DNA of 64,000 nucleotides from Minutocellus sp. GHC0000111. Lineage: Eukaryota. Position numbers and translations under genes: made by a program. The DNA lies in contig OZ361256.1 of assembly GCA_977018835.1 (NCBI GenBank), positions 2,170,001 to 2,234,000 on the forward strand, read 5' to 3'. Below the pieces are notes generated by a model that was not told the DNA's origin, ran no database searches, and was given only the letters and a program-made list of their open reading frames with translations. Shown in pieces: positions 34,602-48,723 of this stretch (the first letter of the stretch is position 1; every line of letters begins with the position of its first letter).

Positions 34602-37600
34602 TTAACCACGCCTCTTGGACAAGCGCCATGCGTCCTTTGGATTAAATCGATCAAACAGCGGCTCGATCTTCTCCATGCGCTTTTGCCGCGTCATTTTGTT
34701 GGGATCAGCTTTCTGGTAGAAGGCCGGCGCCAGCTCAACGAGCCATTTGGCATCAATGACCATAATGTTGCGCATGTACTCCTTGGTCGTAAGGACCAAC
34801 TCATGATAGATGACAAATTCGGGATTCTTGTTGAAGACAGCAGAGGAGGGATGAATATACACTGGATTTTGGTCGACGAGTGTGCGGTATCCTTCTTGCG
34901 GATCCTTCTTGGCTGCGTTGGTGAAGAAACCAGCCGTAATGGCCTTGCAGATCTTCTTGTAGTTCTTGCCGGCACTGACGATTTCCAGCTTATACCGATA
35001 CATGATGGTCGTTAGTTGCTTGCGAACATCTTGCGCTCTCTTCATACTCCGTGCTTGCACAAAATTCTCAAAGCACCAAGGATTACTGAACTTGGCTGCC
35101 TCCCAGCCCTTGTAGACGGTCAAGAGAGTCAGATGGTCACCCTCGGCCTGGTGGAACTTGGCCTTTTTCATGTCTGCCTGAGCCTGCTTGTCTTTGGGGC
35201 GGTAGAATGGGTTCTCAACACTGAGCATTGCCGTAATGGTAAGAATCTCGTCCGAGCAGCCAAGATCTACCGATAGCAAGAGCATCTTGGAAAGATTGGG
35301 CTCGAGAGGGAACTCTGCCATCTTTCTGCCCAACCGGGTCAGCAATCCCTCGTCGTCAAGCGCGCCCAGCGCGTGAAGATTTTCCATAGCGCCAATCAAC
35401 GTGGCCACCGGTGGGGGGTCCATAAAGTCAAAGCCAAGAAGGTCGTTGATACCCATGGCTTTGAGTTGGAGCACGACGTTACCGAGGTTCGTTCGCTGAA
35501 TCTCTGGAATATTGGTAGAGATCATTTCTTGCTTGTAAGCAATCTCGGTGTACAGTCGGTAGCACTTGCCCGGGCCTGTACGTCCGGCACGTCCTACCCT
35601 TTGCCTCGCCGAGGCTTGTGAAATCGGAGTCACGACGAGGCTGTCCATGCCGAGCTTGGCGTTGAATGCCTTCTGCTTGCTGAATCCGGGGTCCACCACG
35701 TAATAAATGCCATCAATGGTCAAGGAGGCTTCGGCAATATTGGTGGCAACGACGCACTTTCTCGCACCGGGTGGTGCTGGCTCGAAAATTCTCGATTGCA
35801 TTTCCGATGGAAGGGCGGAGTAGACGGGCAGTACAATTAGCTCGGGCGCAAGGTCACCGAGGGCCTGCATACGGGTGTAAAGAGTTTCGCAGCAAGTATC
35901 AATCTCTTCCTGACCCGTTAAAAAGACGAGAATATCTCCGGCAGGCTCGGATAGATGAATCTGCATGACGGTAATGAGAGCGGCATCGAGATAGTCCGAC
36001 TCTGGCTCCTTGGTATAGAGAATTTCAACTGGGAATGTACGGCCGGGAATGGTAAAGATGGGGCACTGGAAGAAGTACGTGCTAAACTTCTCAGCATCAA
36101 GCGTCGCACTTGTAACGATAATCTTCAGATCAGGTCGGCGGCGGCACAAATCCTTTAGCAGACCAAAAAGAACATCGGTATGAATTGTCCTTTCGTGGGC
36201 TTCATCCAACATGAGCGCCGAATATCTCCGAAGGTCGTTGTCAGCAAGATACTCTTTCATCAACATACCGTCGGTCATGTACTTGATTATCGTCTCCTTG
36301 GAGGTAACGTCCTCGAAACGGATGGAATATACAACCTGCTCACCTAAAGAACAGCCAAACTCCTCCGCGACACGCTTGGCGACGGAAACGGCAGCCACTC
36401 TCTTTGGCTGAGTGCAGCCAATAATGCCATTTTTCGTAATGCCCATCTCTGCCATATACTGTGTCATTTGGGTCGTCTTACCGGAACCGGTTTCACCGAT
36501 TACCACCAAAACCTGGTTCTCAGAAATGGCGCGCATAAGCTCGGGCTTGAGTCGGTAGACCGGGAGGCCTTCGCGTTGCTCCTTGATGGACTTGTTGGAA
36601 ATGATACCATACGAAAGCGTCTTGGACTCAGCCTTTTGCTTCCATTCTGATGCTCCATCGAACGAGCTCATGTTGATGCTGCGCAATTCCTGTGCAAAGT
36701 GTCGTTCGCCAGCCTCGGGAAGAGGATCCTCCCACGGGCGATTCAGATCCTTGGGAATGGAATCGATCAGTCTGTGCAAAAAAATGAGAAGAAGAGAGGA
36801 TATCGGCAATGGTTAGAATTGATAAAAGTAATGAGTCGAGAGAATTTCTTTTCCTCTGATGCAAAAACAGATGAATGTTCACATCACTTACTGGTTGGCC
36901 TGCGCTTGGCGCAATTCTCGTCTCTCTTTGGCAAGGGTTGACTGTTGCATGGCGGCACGCTGGAGGGATCCATCTGGATTCTTCACAATCCTTACTGGAC
37001 TAAAATCTCGACCAGATCTTCTGGTCTGTCCCTTGAGAAATGCCGGCTCAATGTCCGCAAGCTCAACCTCGGTCTCTTCCTCGGTTTCCTCGACAGCAAG
37101 CATACCCATGCCTCCCTCCGAGTCAAAAGTAGGATATTGTTCAACCGGAAGGACACCTGATCGGATCAGCTGCTGGGCCTCATACAGCTCCTGCTCCGTA
37201 AGCTGCTTGGCCCTTCTCACCGAGGCTCCTCCACCGCCGCCACCTCCACCTGCTGCTGATGCGCGGGCTGCTGGTGCCAGATACGTATTGTCAACACCCT
37301 GCAGACCGGACCGAGCAGCCTCATCCTCGGCATCCCTCCGTCGGAGAGCCTCCACATCCAGACCAGGATGAACGACCGCCGATGATGCCGAGCTCGAGGA
37401 ATGAGTACCAGTACCCGATGCACTGCGATCGGCCTTGCCAAGACTGCCACCGACCCCGACGTCACTGGCCGCCGCAGCGCGATGGGGCATCAAATCCCGC
37501 CCCGTCTTTTGGTCGACATCCTTGAGACTGAGCATGATCTTGCCCCCCTCGCTGGTCTGGCCGCTGCCGCTGCCGACGGAGATGACCTTGACCCAGCAAT

Positions 37601-38643
37601 CCGATCCGCGGCTCAGCCCAGCCTCGCGAGGATGGCCGATCTTGGTCTTGCTCACCTGTCCGATGTGGACCATGCCCTCCTTCTTGGTGATGCCATCGGG
37701 CAGGGTGAATTCGACAAAGACACCGAAATCCATGAGCTTTTGGACGCGGCCACGGTAGATTTGATGAATTTCCGGTGTATTCCCTCCAGCTGCCATCTCC
37801 ATCCTTGGCCTGATCTCGAGTCATCCACGCCGGTAGATTGGACTGTCCCCTCCGACTGGTCTCCTTGATCTCGGCGGAAGCTTCAGCGGCAGGCTTCTTC
37901 AAGTCGTCCGACTCCACAGTACTAGATCTAGCAGCTGGACGTGATCCCTGCTCATTGTGATCGTAGAATCCATCGTCCAACGGCACCGACCGGCTGAGGT
38001 TGCTCACCGCCAGACCTGGGAACGCCCCACCCAGCTCGGCCTTGCGTCCGGTATGGTCGTAGCTGCTCAAGAGCGGGGCCGATGCACCACCAGCGCTGCC
38101 GCCGGCACTGGCTCCGCCTCCACCAGCACCACCACTGCCACCACCCTGCTGCAACTTTTTGATCCGCTTCTTCTCCAGATTGTCCACGTAGCGCTTCATC
38201 CGGGGACTCATCTCCATGACGGTCCGAAGGAGGTTGGACACAAATCCCAAGGGCAGTTCGGCACCGTTCGACGCCAACGTCGTTCGGAACGATTGGGCCA
38301 GTTCGACATCGTTCCCCACCACTTCGGCCGTGGCGGCCAGAGACGACGACACGGTGCTCGCACCACCACCACCGCTGCCGCTGCCCTTCTTCAGAAACGA
38401 CTTTAGTTCTTTTTCCGTGAGAGAAATGATGAACTCCGACAACGTCCGATCGCTCAAACCCAAGTGGGCGGAGAGCTCGGTGGTGATGCGCGTCACGAGG
38501 TTGAGCGATTGGAGCCGTTCGACGGGGGTGAGGGGCGGGTCCTTGGGCTTGTCCTTCTTCTTGCGCTTCTTGCCACCTGCTTCCCCGCCGCCAGCGCCAG
38601 CCGCAGCCGCAGGTGCGGCGGTTGTGCTTTGATCGTCCACCAT
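34602..38643 (-). CDS. DHX8: Pre-mRNA splicing DEAH helicase Prp22/DHX8; intron 36772-36891; apparent frameshift ~37790-37810
   Basis: PWI-like N-terminus, S1 domain ([22 protein letters not shown]), [19 protein letters not shown]2/OB tail, ..AWRLSKRRG. Confidence 0.95.
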
Positions 38644-39544
38644 GTGTGCTGCTGTATCTTGTATGATGTGCTTCCGCTACTGCTGGTGACGTTCTAGACG
38701 TGCTTGCTTCCGCTTGCCGACGCCGCCTATCGATGCGATATGTGCTGGCTTCTGCAAATGAAAACTCCTTATGAGACCAAGCCAAGAGCACAATACAACG
38801 CCCTCAAAGCCAACAGAGGAGGGTTATGGGAAGTGAATGTCTACTAGCACGCAAGCGATTGTGGTGAACTTATGATTGCATTAGGAGGGCTCTAGCTAGA
38901 GCTACGTAGCTCTCGTCGGCCTCGAAATACTCGAAATCGAAATAAATGAGCGGTTGCGCAAAAATGGGGGATCTCCCGAAAAGCATCTGTCTCGACGTGA
39001 AAGCCCCGCCCATACTTTGGGGGCTGGTTTCCCGGCTTTTGCTGCCTGCGTTTGGTGTCTGTCGCGTTGCTGCGCATTTCCCCGAACCCCAAAATAAACT
39101 TCCGGAACGGAGGTGAATTGAGGACTTGCCGTTGCTATTGTCATCAATTTGCATCGCGCTTCGCTCTCATCACAGTCACCAAAGTGTTCAGGGGCGCACG
39201 TATCTTGGGGTTGTTTCTTCTTCCGGCGGCGACGACAACGATAAAAGGAGCCCATCGTTTTTGCCGTGCGCTAAATTTTTCGTCCCCCTTCATTTTTCGG
39301 GAGGCCTTGCACGGACGGAGATCGGTCGTGATCGATCAAAATTGTTATCGGTCCGGACATCTCTGCGCCGAGAGGATACCCGCCGTTGCATCGAAAGAGG
39401 GGCATCGCATAAGTAAACCAGGCGCGCGCGGCGGCGGGGGGGTCGGCGTATCCGAGCCCTTTCGGATAAGCAGTTTTGCATCCATCGTGAGTGAGCTGGT
39501 CCCGCAGATCTCTCGATAACAGTAAAAAATCCCATTGAAATATC

Positions 39545-42500
39545 ATGCAGAACAACATGGGCGGCGGCAATGCCGGAGGAGGCGGAGGCAACCAGCAGCT
39601 GCCCCCCAACGCGGCCGCCCAGCTCCAGCAGATGCAGCAACTGCAGCAGATGCAGGCCCAGCTCCGGCAGCAGCAGCAGATGGCGGCCGCGCAGATGCAG
39701 CAGCAGCAGAACAGCAATAACTCCGGCGGCGGCCAGCAGCAGGGCGGCGGCGGTACGAACAACGGCGGCAATCAGTTCAACGCCGGCAACCTCGCCAGCC
39801 TGCAGCAGCAGCAGCAGATGCAGGCCCAGATGCAGCAGCAGATGCAGCTCATGGCCGCCCAGCAGCAGCAGGGGAATAACAACAACGGCGGCAACAACTC
39901 GAATAACAACTTCGGAGGCGGAGGCGGGACCAGCGGCAGCTTGTCACGAGGCGGCGGCGGCGGATCCAGCAATCAGTGGGGAGGATCATCTTCTGGCAAT
40001 AATAACAACAACAACAGCAACAACATGCAGCAGATGATGATGATGAACCAGCAGGGCGGCGGCGGCATGGGCATGAACAACATGAACATGGGCGGGATGG
40101 CCAATTTCAACAACATGATGCAGAACCAGGCTCAGGGCGGTGGTTCGGGCGGGGGCAACAGCTCCGGCGGAGGTTCGGGCGGGGGCGGTATGCCGGCCAA
40201 CCAGACCGCCCAGCTCCAGCAGCAGATGAACCAGATGAATCAGTTCCAGCAGCAGAATAACAGCAACGGCAGCAACAACCAGAGAGGGTCCTTCTCCGCC
40301 GGGGGCGGTGCCAACAGCAACAGCATGAACATGGCCATGATGAACCCCGCCTTCTTTATGCAGCTGCAGCAGCAGCGCAACCAACAGCGGCAGCAACAAG
40401 GTCAAGGTCAAGGCGGTCCTTCCAACCACCAGCAGCAATCCTCCTCCTCGTCGTCGTCCAACCGACGGCATCAGCAGAACGCCGCTCAGGCCCAGCTCTA
40501 CCAGAACGCCCTCCAGGCCCAACAGAATCAGGGTCAGGGTCAGGGCCAGGGCGGAGGCGGAGGTCAGCAGCAGGGGGGCAGCCAGCGGCATCCCAAGACG
40601 CCGTCGGTGTCGTCCGCCCTCACCCCGGCCCAGCAGGCGCAGATCCAGCAGCAGATGCTGGCCCAGATGCAGCAGCAGGGCAACCGGCAGGGTAGCGGTG
40701 GCGGTAGCAGCGGCAACCAACGACGACAGCAGCAGCAGCAAGGAGGGGGCGGCCGACAGCAGCAGCAGCAGCAGCAGCAACCGTCGTCGGCCTTGGCCAA
40801 TGCCTTCCAGCAGGCCACCCAGCAACAGCAGCAGAACCGTCAGCATCAGGGTTCGTTCGACCAGTCCAGCCAGGGCGGGGGTCGGAGCAGTACCAATCCG
40901 CAGCAGCAGCAGTCCGGAGGGGGCGGCGGCGGCGGCAGCGGCAGCGGCGGCGGAAGCTCCCAGCTCCTCCTCCAGCAGCAGAACCTCATCGCCCAGCTTC
41001 AGAGGCAGATCCAGCAGCAGCAGAAGCAGCAGGGTGGCGGGGGCGGAGACGCTTGCGGCAGCGGCGGCAACGCCAACGACGGCCGGGGCAGCGCCGCGCC
41101 CGGTGGCAACAACCCGGCCACGTCGCCGCAGCTGAACATGATGATGAAGCAGATGCAGCAGCAGCAGGGAGGAGGCGGGAGCGCCCGACCCGGCAGCGCC
41201 AGGCCGGGAAGTACCCAGCCCAACGCGTTTGGGAATATGATGCAGGGACAGGGCGGAATGGGCGCCGACATGACGGCGAAGCAGCAGTTCAACAATATGA
41301 TGATGCAGCAGCAGCAGCAGCAAGGAAAGGCCGGCGGCGGTGGCGGCAACATGGGCGCGCAGAACCCGCAGGTGGCCATGCAACTGGCCCAGCTCCAGCA
41401 GCAGCAGCAACTCCTCATGACGCAGATGGCACAGGCACAGCAGTCCGGCGATACGTCCGGCCAGAACCAGGCCGTCTTCGCGCAGCGGATGAAGCAGATG
41501 CAGATGATGAAGGCGCAGGAGCAGCAGCTTCTTCAACAGCAGCAGCAGCAGCAACAACAGCAATCGGCGCAGGGCCGGAGGCAATCCTCCTCCAAGTCCA
41601 TGCGCGGCCAGAATGACGGCACTCCGTCCGGTGGGGGATCCCACGCCGCGTCGGCGGCCATGGCGGCCGCCATCGAACCCGCCCCCATCGAGGGGGCGTC
41701 TCCGACCCCGGTCTCGGGCGCGCAAGCCGAGGCGGGAGCGCAGATCACCCAGCAGTCCTTCCTGGACGGTACCTTCGCTGGCGGGTGGCAGTCCAACGCC
41801 GACCTTCCCGATAGGAGGAGAATTATCTTTAGCATTGTCAAGGTCATTGAGCGGATGCGACCCGATGCCAACAAGATGTCTCAAAAGTGAGTGTAACCTT
41901 CTTTTTTTGTCATTTCCTTGGGCTTCGTTCGGATTCACGTATCTAGCTCTAGTATCTTTTCCCTACTCGTACACAATACATCTAACAAATCTTTGCTATC
42001 CCATCTCCCCACCCACCCCTCTTTCAATAGACTACCCTTCATGGCGAAGAAACTGGAAGAGCATTTGTATCGCTCCGCGCAAACGAAGGACGAGTACATC
42101 GATCAGAACACTCTGAAGAAGCGGCTGCAAATGATTGCCCATGGTTTGGGCGTACCCAAGTCTGGCGGTGGAGGCGGAGGCCAATCTCTTGGTCTTGCTT
42201 CCATTGGAGGAGATTCCTCTCACCAGGCCGCCGCTTCATCCGCAGCATCCGGGCAAAACGACCAAATTGCGCAGCTCAAAGCCATGCAAGCTCAAGCGCA
42301 GGCCGCCAGCGGTGGCTCTACCGACGATGCCCAATCCTCGCAAGCACAGCATCAGCTCAACCTCCTGAAGCAACAGCAGCAGCAACAACAGCTCGGAATT
42401 ATGGCTGCTATGATCCAGCAGAGTGGACAGGACGGATCTATCAATAAGGAGGCATTGCTTCAGCAACTGCAACAGCAGCAAGTGAGTTCAATCGATTATC

Positions 42501-45500
42501 CATATCCCTACACGATTCTGTGGTATTGATATATATTGATATTCATTGTTTCCCTTTCTTCTAACAATCCTCTCCTCGTATCTTCATTCACTTCGCGCGC
42601 TTACGCTGTACCCAGGCCAACGGTCAGAATGCCGGTAGCTCCATGATGGAGAATCTTAATCAGCTCCTCATCAAGCAACGGCAGCAGCAAGAAGAAGTGA
42701 AACAGCACGAACACCTCAAGCAGAAGCAGGCCCAGCAGCTTGCAGCTCAGCAGGCAGGCTTGCCAGGTACGATGTCACCTCTCGCATTGCAGCAGATGCT
42801 GAACCAAAAGGCCAACAAGGCATCGCACCCTGCGATCGAACAGCTGCAGAAGAACTTGCGACAAGCTTCGGATCCGTCTCAGGAGGGGGGCGAGCAAGGA
42901 ATTCAGCCCACCGACCAGCAGCTGCAGGAGCAGCTCCAGCAACAGCTGTCGCAGTCAGCATCGTCGCAGCAGCAACAAATTCCATCGGAGTCCCCTGGTA
43001 TCCCTGGAATCGATGCCCAACTGACGCTCAACGAGAAAGGCGAATTGTGCCAAGTCGGTGGGAGCGGCAATGATACTGATGCTCTTGCCAAGGCACAGAA
43101 GAAGAAGGTGATTCGGCAGCAACAGAAGCGACTCGTCCTGCTTCGCCACGCTAGCAAATGCCGTGTCGGTCCAACGTGTTCCATCAAGTTCTGCCCGCAA
43201 ATGGTCGTCCTTTGGAAGCATATGAAGAGATGTCGCGACAAGAGTTGCAAGACCGCGCACTGCTTGAGTAGTCGCTGTGTTCTCAACCACTACCGAATTT
43301 GTAAGGGAGAGAACAGGACGGAGACGTGCGAGGTATGCTCTCCTGTTATGAAACATTTCCGGGTCCAGGCTGCTGCCAATGGCGACGAGGTCGACCAATC
43401 GATGGAAGACCTCGCTCGCGAGGCGCAGACAGTTTCTAGTGTCGGTATCAACGCGAGCGCCTTCGGTGGAATTTCCCCGGCTCTTTCGAGTAACATTACC
43501 TCAAGCGATGTTCAGCGACTGAATGACCAACAGCAAACAAGACAACACCAACTTTCGGGTGCCCTGGATCAGTCGCAGCAACAGCAAGCGCCGATGCAGA
43601 GCCAGCAAGACGGTCGCCAATCGACCTCCTCCGGTGGTGATACCCAGCAGATGGCGGAAATCCAAGCGGCGCAACAAAAGCTCCAGCAGCAGCAACTCTT
43701 GCTCCAGCAATTACAGCAGCAACAGGCACAACTGCTCGACCAACAGAAGCAGCTTCAGCAGCAACAGCAGCAGGTCTTACCGCAAACGCAGCAAGGACAG
43801 CAGCTTCAGCAGCAGCAAACGCTACTTCAGAAGCTCCAGCAGGAGTTCCAGCAGCAGCAACAGCTTCTACAGCACGAGCTCCAGCGACAGTCTTTGATCC
43901 TTCAGCAAGGCCAACGTGGTCAGGTCGACTCCATGTCTATCGATGGCCCGTCCGATGGAAACAAGAGAAAGAGGGCTAGCGATGCCGAGGGCGGCAAGCG
44001 CCTCAGCAAAATGGCCAAGGAACTCTCTGCTGCCGCGATGCGACAGAAGCGATCTGCTGGCACTATGGCGGATGGCCAGCCGCCGCTGCAGCGATCGCGG
44101 CTCGAAGAGGCGGAAGAGGACGACGGGAAGCCCCGCCAAAAGACGACAGAGGGCACCATCGATACCGTCACTTCACTCATACCTTCGATGACGAGGGATG
44201 CCATCATTGAGCATCTCGACTCCCTCCAAGGCGGCCTTTGCCTCACCCCTCGTCGCGTGGGACAGCGGTGCTTGCCCATCATCCGCAAGCTTATCAACGA
44301 CCCTTGCGGGTGGGTGTTCCGTGACCCCGTTGACCCCGTCGAACTTGGTTTGCCGGATTACTTCGACGTCGTGAAGAAGCCCATGCACCTTGCTCTCATT
44401 GAGGAGAAGCTCGACAGTGGCGTCTACAAGGATATGGATGACTTCGAAAAGGATGTTCGCCTGGTCTTCGACAACGCCATTCTTTACAATGGTGAGAAGA
44501 GCGACGTCGGCGAAATGGCCAACGATATGCTCAAGAGCTTTGAGCGCGAATATGCCGTACTCCAGAAGGCCATCAAGACCGAGGAGCAAATCCAGAAGCG
44601 CAAGGGCGACTCGTGTGCCCTGTGTGGTTCCCAGAGACGTCTCTTTGAGCCGACGGCGCTCTATTGTAATGGCGCATGCGGTATGCAGCGCATTCGTCGC
44701 AATGCCTTCTATTACACGGATCCCTCGAAGCAGAACCACTGGTGCACTCCGTGCTACGGACTGCTGAAGGATGCCGAGCCCGTGGCCCTTGATGACGGAA
44801 GCGAAGTGAGCAAGTCTTCGCTTCAGAAGTACAAGAACGATGCTCTCCCCGAAGAAGCTTGGGTACAATGCGACGACTGCCACGAATGGGTGCATCAGAT
44901 TTGCGCGCTTTTCAACGGTCGGCGGAATAAGACTGCGGCCGCTTATACCTGTCCCAGTTGCTACGTCAAGAAGAAGAACAAGGCCGGCGACAGCAAAGAG
45001 GAGAAGAAGGACGAGGAAGAAAAGCAAGTCGTCAAAAGCGCCAAGGATCTTCCGCAATGTTCCATGTCCGAGGCTATGGAGAAAGGTCTGGAGAAGGCTC
45101 TCGCCAAAAAGTATGAGGAGAAGGCCGCCGAGCTGGAGGTCAGTCTCGACGATATTGATAAGGTCGACGGAATCAGCATCAGAGTTGTCTCGAATATGGA
45201 AAGGCAGCATTTGGTTCGCGACGAGGTAAGTTTTCATGATCTGGTCTTCTAATATGCAAGGTGCAACTGCCCTTCTCAAACCAATATGTATCACTAATCC
45301 CGCCTCTCTTTTGCCGTCTCTTTTTCTTTTCATTGATTCTTTCGGTTCTATCAATAGATGCTCAAGCGATACGAGAAGAAGGGCTGCCCATCCGAGTTCC
45401 CCGTTCGTACAAAGTGCATCCTTCTCTTTCAGAAGATTCATGGTGTTGATGTACTTCTCTTTGGTATGTACGTCTATGAGTACGGACATGATTGTCCTGC

Positions 45501-48500
45501 TCCCAATCGTAGACGCGTCTACATTTCCTACCTCGACTCGGTCAACTATTTCGAGCCGCGTTGCTTTCGCACGACCATCTATCATCAGATCCTCATCGAG
45601 TACCTTCGATTCGTCAAGAAGCGTGGCTTCCACACCGCGCACATTTGGAGTTGCCCTCCGTCCAAGGGCGATGACTACATCTTCTATTGCCACCCTCAAA
45701 ATCAGCTCACCCCCAAGGACGAAATGCTTTGCCAGTGGTACCATGACATGCTCGAGAAGGCCGAAGAGGAGGGCGTTGTGATGTCCACCCAGCTGCTATA
45801 TGATGTATACTTCGCCAACAAGGGCAAGGATGCTGTCGCTGGTCAAGCCATTGACCCCACTTGCATCCCCTACTTTGAAGGCGACTACATCCCCGGCGAG
45901 CTCGAGAACATCATTAAGTATGTGACTGCCGACGAGGAAGCCAAAAAGAAGGAGCGCGAAAGCCTCTCTACGCCCGGCGCTATTGCGAGCAAGGTAACCG
46001 GAAGGAAGAGAGGCACGCGCTCCAATCCCGGCGAGCTCGTCAACCAAGATCAGGATAAGGTGATGCTTCGTCTCGGCCAAGCTTTGACCAACATGAAGCA
46101 GAACTTTATTGTGGCGAATCTCTTGAGCCGCGATTTTGCTGCCGCCGTTGAACGAGGAGAGGATGTAGGTAACTGGGTAGAGGACGAGGAGGAGGGGGCC
46201 AAGAAGAAAGTCGGGGGCAAAGACCCCAGTATTCTCAATCCTGAGGCCGAAGGCGACAGCGATGCCAAAGCTTCCAAATCTGGAAAGGATGGCGAGGATC
46301 AGGCCGAGGAAAAGGCAAATACTGAAGCCGAAACCAATGAGTCTGCACCGGAAGTTACCAAGGAGTCCGTCGCCGAGGACGGCTCTGCTTCAGATTCCAA
46401 GAAGGCGGACCCTTCAAATGATGATGGTGCCGAGACGAAGGAAGATGAGAAGCCGTTGGAGGAGCCTAGTTCAGACGTCAAGTCAGAGCCCGTCCCCGAT
46501 GATACCAAACCATCCGCTGATGGCGAGGGCAAATCTGAAACGGACAAGGCATCCGAAGAGAAGGATACATCTATCGATGACGCCTCTACTCCAAAGGAAG
46601 ACGCAGGTGACAACGATGATAAGCCTGGTCAAGATTCGACAGGAAATTATGAGTTGCCCAAGGAAGAGGCAGGTGCCGATACCAACGAGGCCACGGAAAC
46701 TTCAAGCGCAGGCAATGAAGAATCGGAAGGCAAGGAAGAACCGTCCAGCTCTCCTGCTCCTCCTCCCGCCGACGCCGAGGCTGCCGATGAAGGCAAGATC
46801 GAAACATCGAAGGGGGAAGAGATGGACGTCGATGAAAGCAAACCCGCTGCTGACGAGTCTGGAGCGACGGCCGATGTGGCCAACGATGACAAGACCAACG
46901 ACGACAAACCGGATGGAAGCTCCGCCGAGGACACCGAAGATGCCAAGGACTCCAAGGATGCAGCTGATGTCGATATGGACGATGCTCAAGATACCTCAGA
47001 GGACACACCTGCGGCCGATGCTGATTCTTCGAGCGATAAGAAGGAAGAAAAGTCTGCAAGCGCAAGTGAAGAGACGGCTTCTACCGAAGAGAAAGCCGAA
47101 GAATCCAAGTCGACAGATCTCGCAGAGGAGAGCACTGCCGATACAGAGGAAAAGGTCGAAAAAGAAGCTTCCGAATCTAACAAGGACGGCGAGGACAACG
47201 CCACTTCTAATTCCGACCAGAAGGGCGAGGTCGCTGCCGAAATTCCTGAATCTGCCAAGACTTCTGAAGAGACTGAGAAGGGTGCAGACGATAAGGTCCC
47301 CTCAAAGGATGAATCATCGAATGCCGATGTCAACGCCGACACCGACGCAGATGCCACCGAAGGCGTTCCTAGTACCGACGCACCGAAGGAGGATAGCCCT
47401 GGGGCAACAGAAGAAGCCCCAGAGGAGCCTTCTTCCACGGACGACGGCGATGCGCCCAAGGAGAAGGTCGACGTACCTGAGGATGATGGTGTTGTTGCAA
47501 TGGACGACGCCGCGACCAAGGAGGCCGAGGAAGCACCCGAAAATTCTGATCCGCCGTCGAACGATGCCGCGACCGCGACCAAGGAATCTGATACTGATCC
47601 AGAGAATACAGACGTGCCGGCTGCCGATGCGTCCAGTAAGGATGATGCTGACCCTTCTACCGAGATGAAAGATGTCGTCATGGAAGACGCCGACACCAAG
47701 AAGGAGGAAGATCCTGCTCCCGAGAAGCCTGCTTCATCATCTGATGATGCCGCTGCCAAGGACGAGCCAAGCTCGCAAGTTGGTGAAGATGGTGAAAAAC
47801 CAAAAGCCGACGAAAGCGATGCCAAGGACGCCCAAGAATCAAGTGCCAAGGAGGAGGCTCAGGACAGTGAGAATGCTGCCAAGGCTGATGGCGATGGTGC
47901 CGAAGGCAAAGACACCAAAGCTGCTGCATCTCCAAAGGATGGCGACGATACAAAGGAAGATTCATCTCCCAAGGCGATTGGATCAACGGTAGACAAAGAT
48001 CCACTTCAAGAGAGCGAGGTTCTGGATTCGAGGCAGCAATTCTGCAACTATTGCCAGACCAATCATTTCCAGTTTGATGAATTGCGTCGGGCGAAGCATT
48101 CCACCATGATGATCCTCTTCCACCTGCACAATCCCAATGCTCCCAAGTTCGTGCAGCAGTGCGGTGCCTGCTACCGAGAGATCACTTGTGGAATCAAGTA
48201 TCATTGCAACCAATGCAATAACTTCGATCTTTGTAGTGAGTGCTACCGGCCCGTCACCACAGGACTCTGGGCCCAGCGGGATGCGCGATTTTCACACGAT
48301 CGGTCGCATACCTTTACGCCTGTTGATATGGACAAGGAGAAGCGGGCCGGCGGATCGCAGAAGAGCCGCGAAGAACGAACCCGCGCAATCAAAATGCACC
48401 TCGAGCTTCTTGCACACGCGGCTAATTGCCCAGGTGCCCCATCTTGCACCCTCAACAACTGCAGCCGCATGAAGAAGCTTTTCGAGCATGTTCGTTCGTG

Positions 48501-48723
48501 CGAGGTCACCTACCGCAGAGGATGCAAGGTATGCGCAAGGCTCCTGGCTCTCCTCTCGATGCATGCCAGGATGTGCAACGTTCGAGGAACTTGCGCCATC
48601 CCCTTCTGTGATCGTATCAGGGAAAGGAATAGACGTCTCCGGAAGCAGCAGCAGTTGATGGATGATAGACGCCGTGCTGCACAGAATGAACTGTATCGCC
48701 GCCGAGCCGGAGGGGGATCTTAA
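39545..48723 (+). CDS. CREBBP: CBP/p300-type histone acetyltransferase; introns 41887-42030, 42482-42615, 45226-45357
   Basis: Q/G/N-rich N-terminus, KIX/Med15-like (WQSNAD..RRRII..AKKLEEHLYRSA), TAZ, bromodomain (WVFRDPVDP..LPDYF..KPM..NAILYN), PHD, KAT11 HAT (YISYLDSV, HIWSCPP..GDDYIF, PYFEGDY), ZZ, TAZ2. Confidence 0.95.

Noticed and set aside
39986..41938. 650-aa Leu-rich minus-strand ORF
   Set aside because: Reverse complement of the CAG (poly-Q) repeats of CBP
44173..45744. 523-aa minus-strand ORF
   Set aside because: Antisense to CBP bromodomain/HAT exons; no recognisable motifs
46262..47668. 468-aa Arg/Pro-rich alternative-frame ORF
   Set aside because: Off-frame reading of the acidic CBP insert
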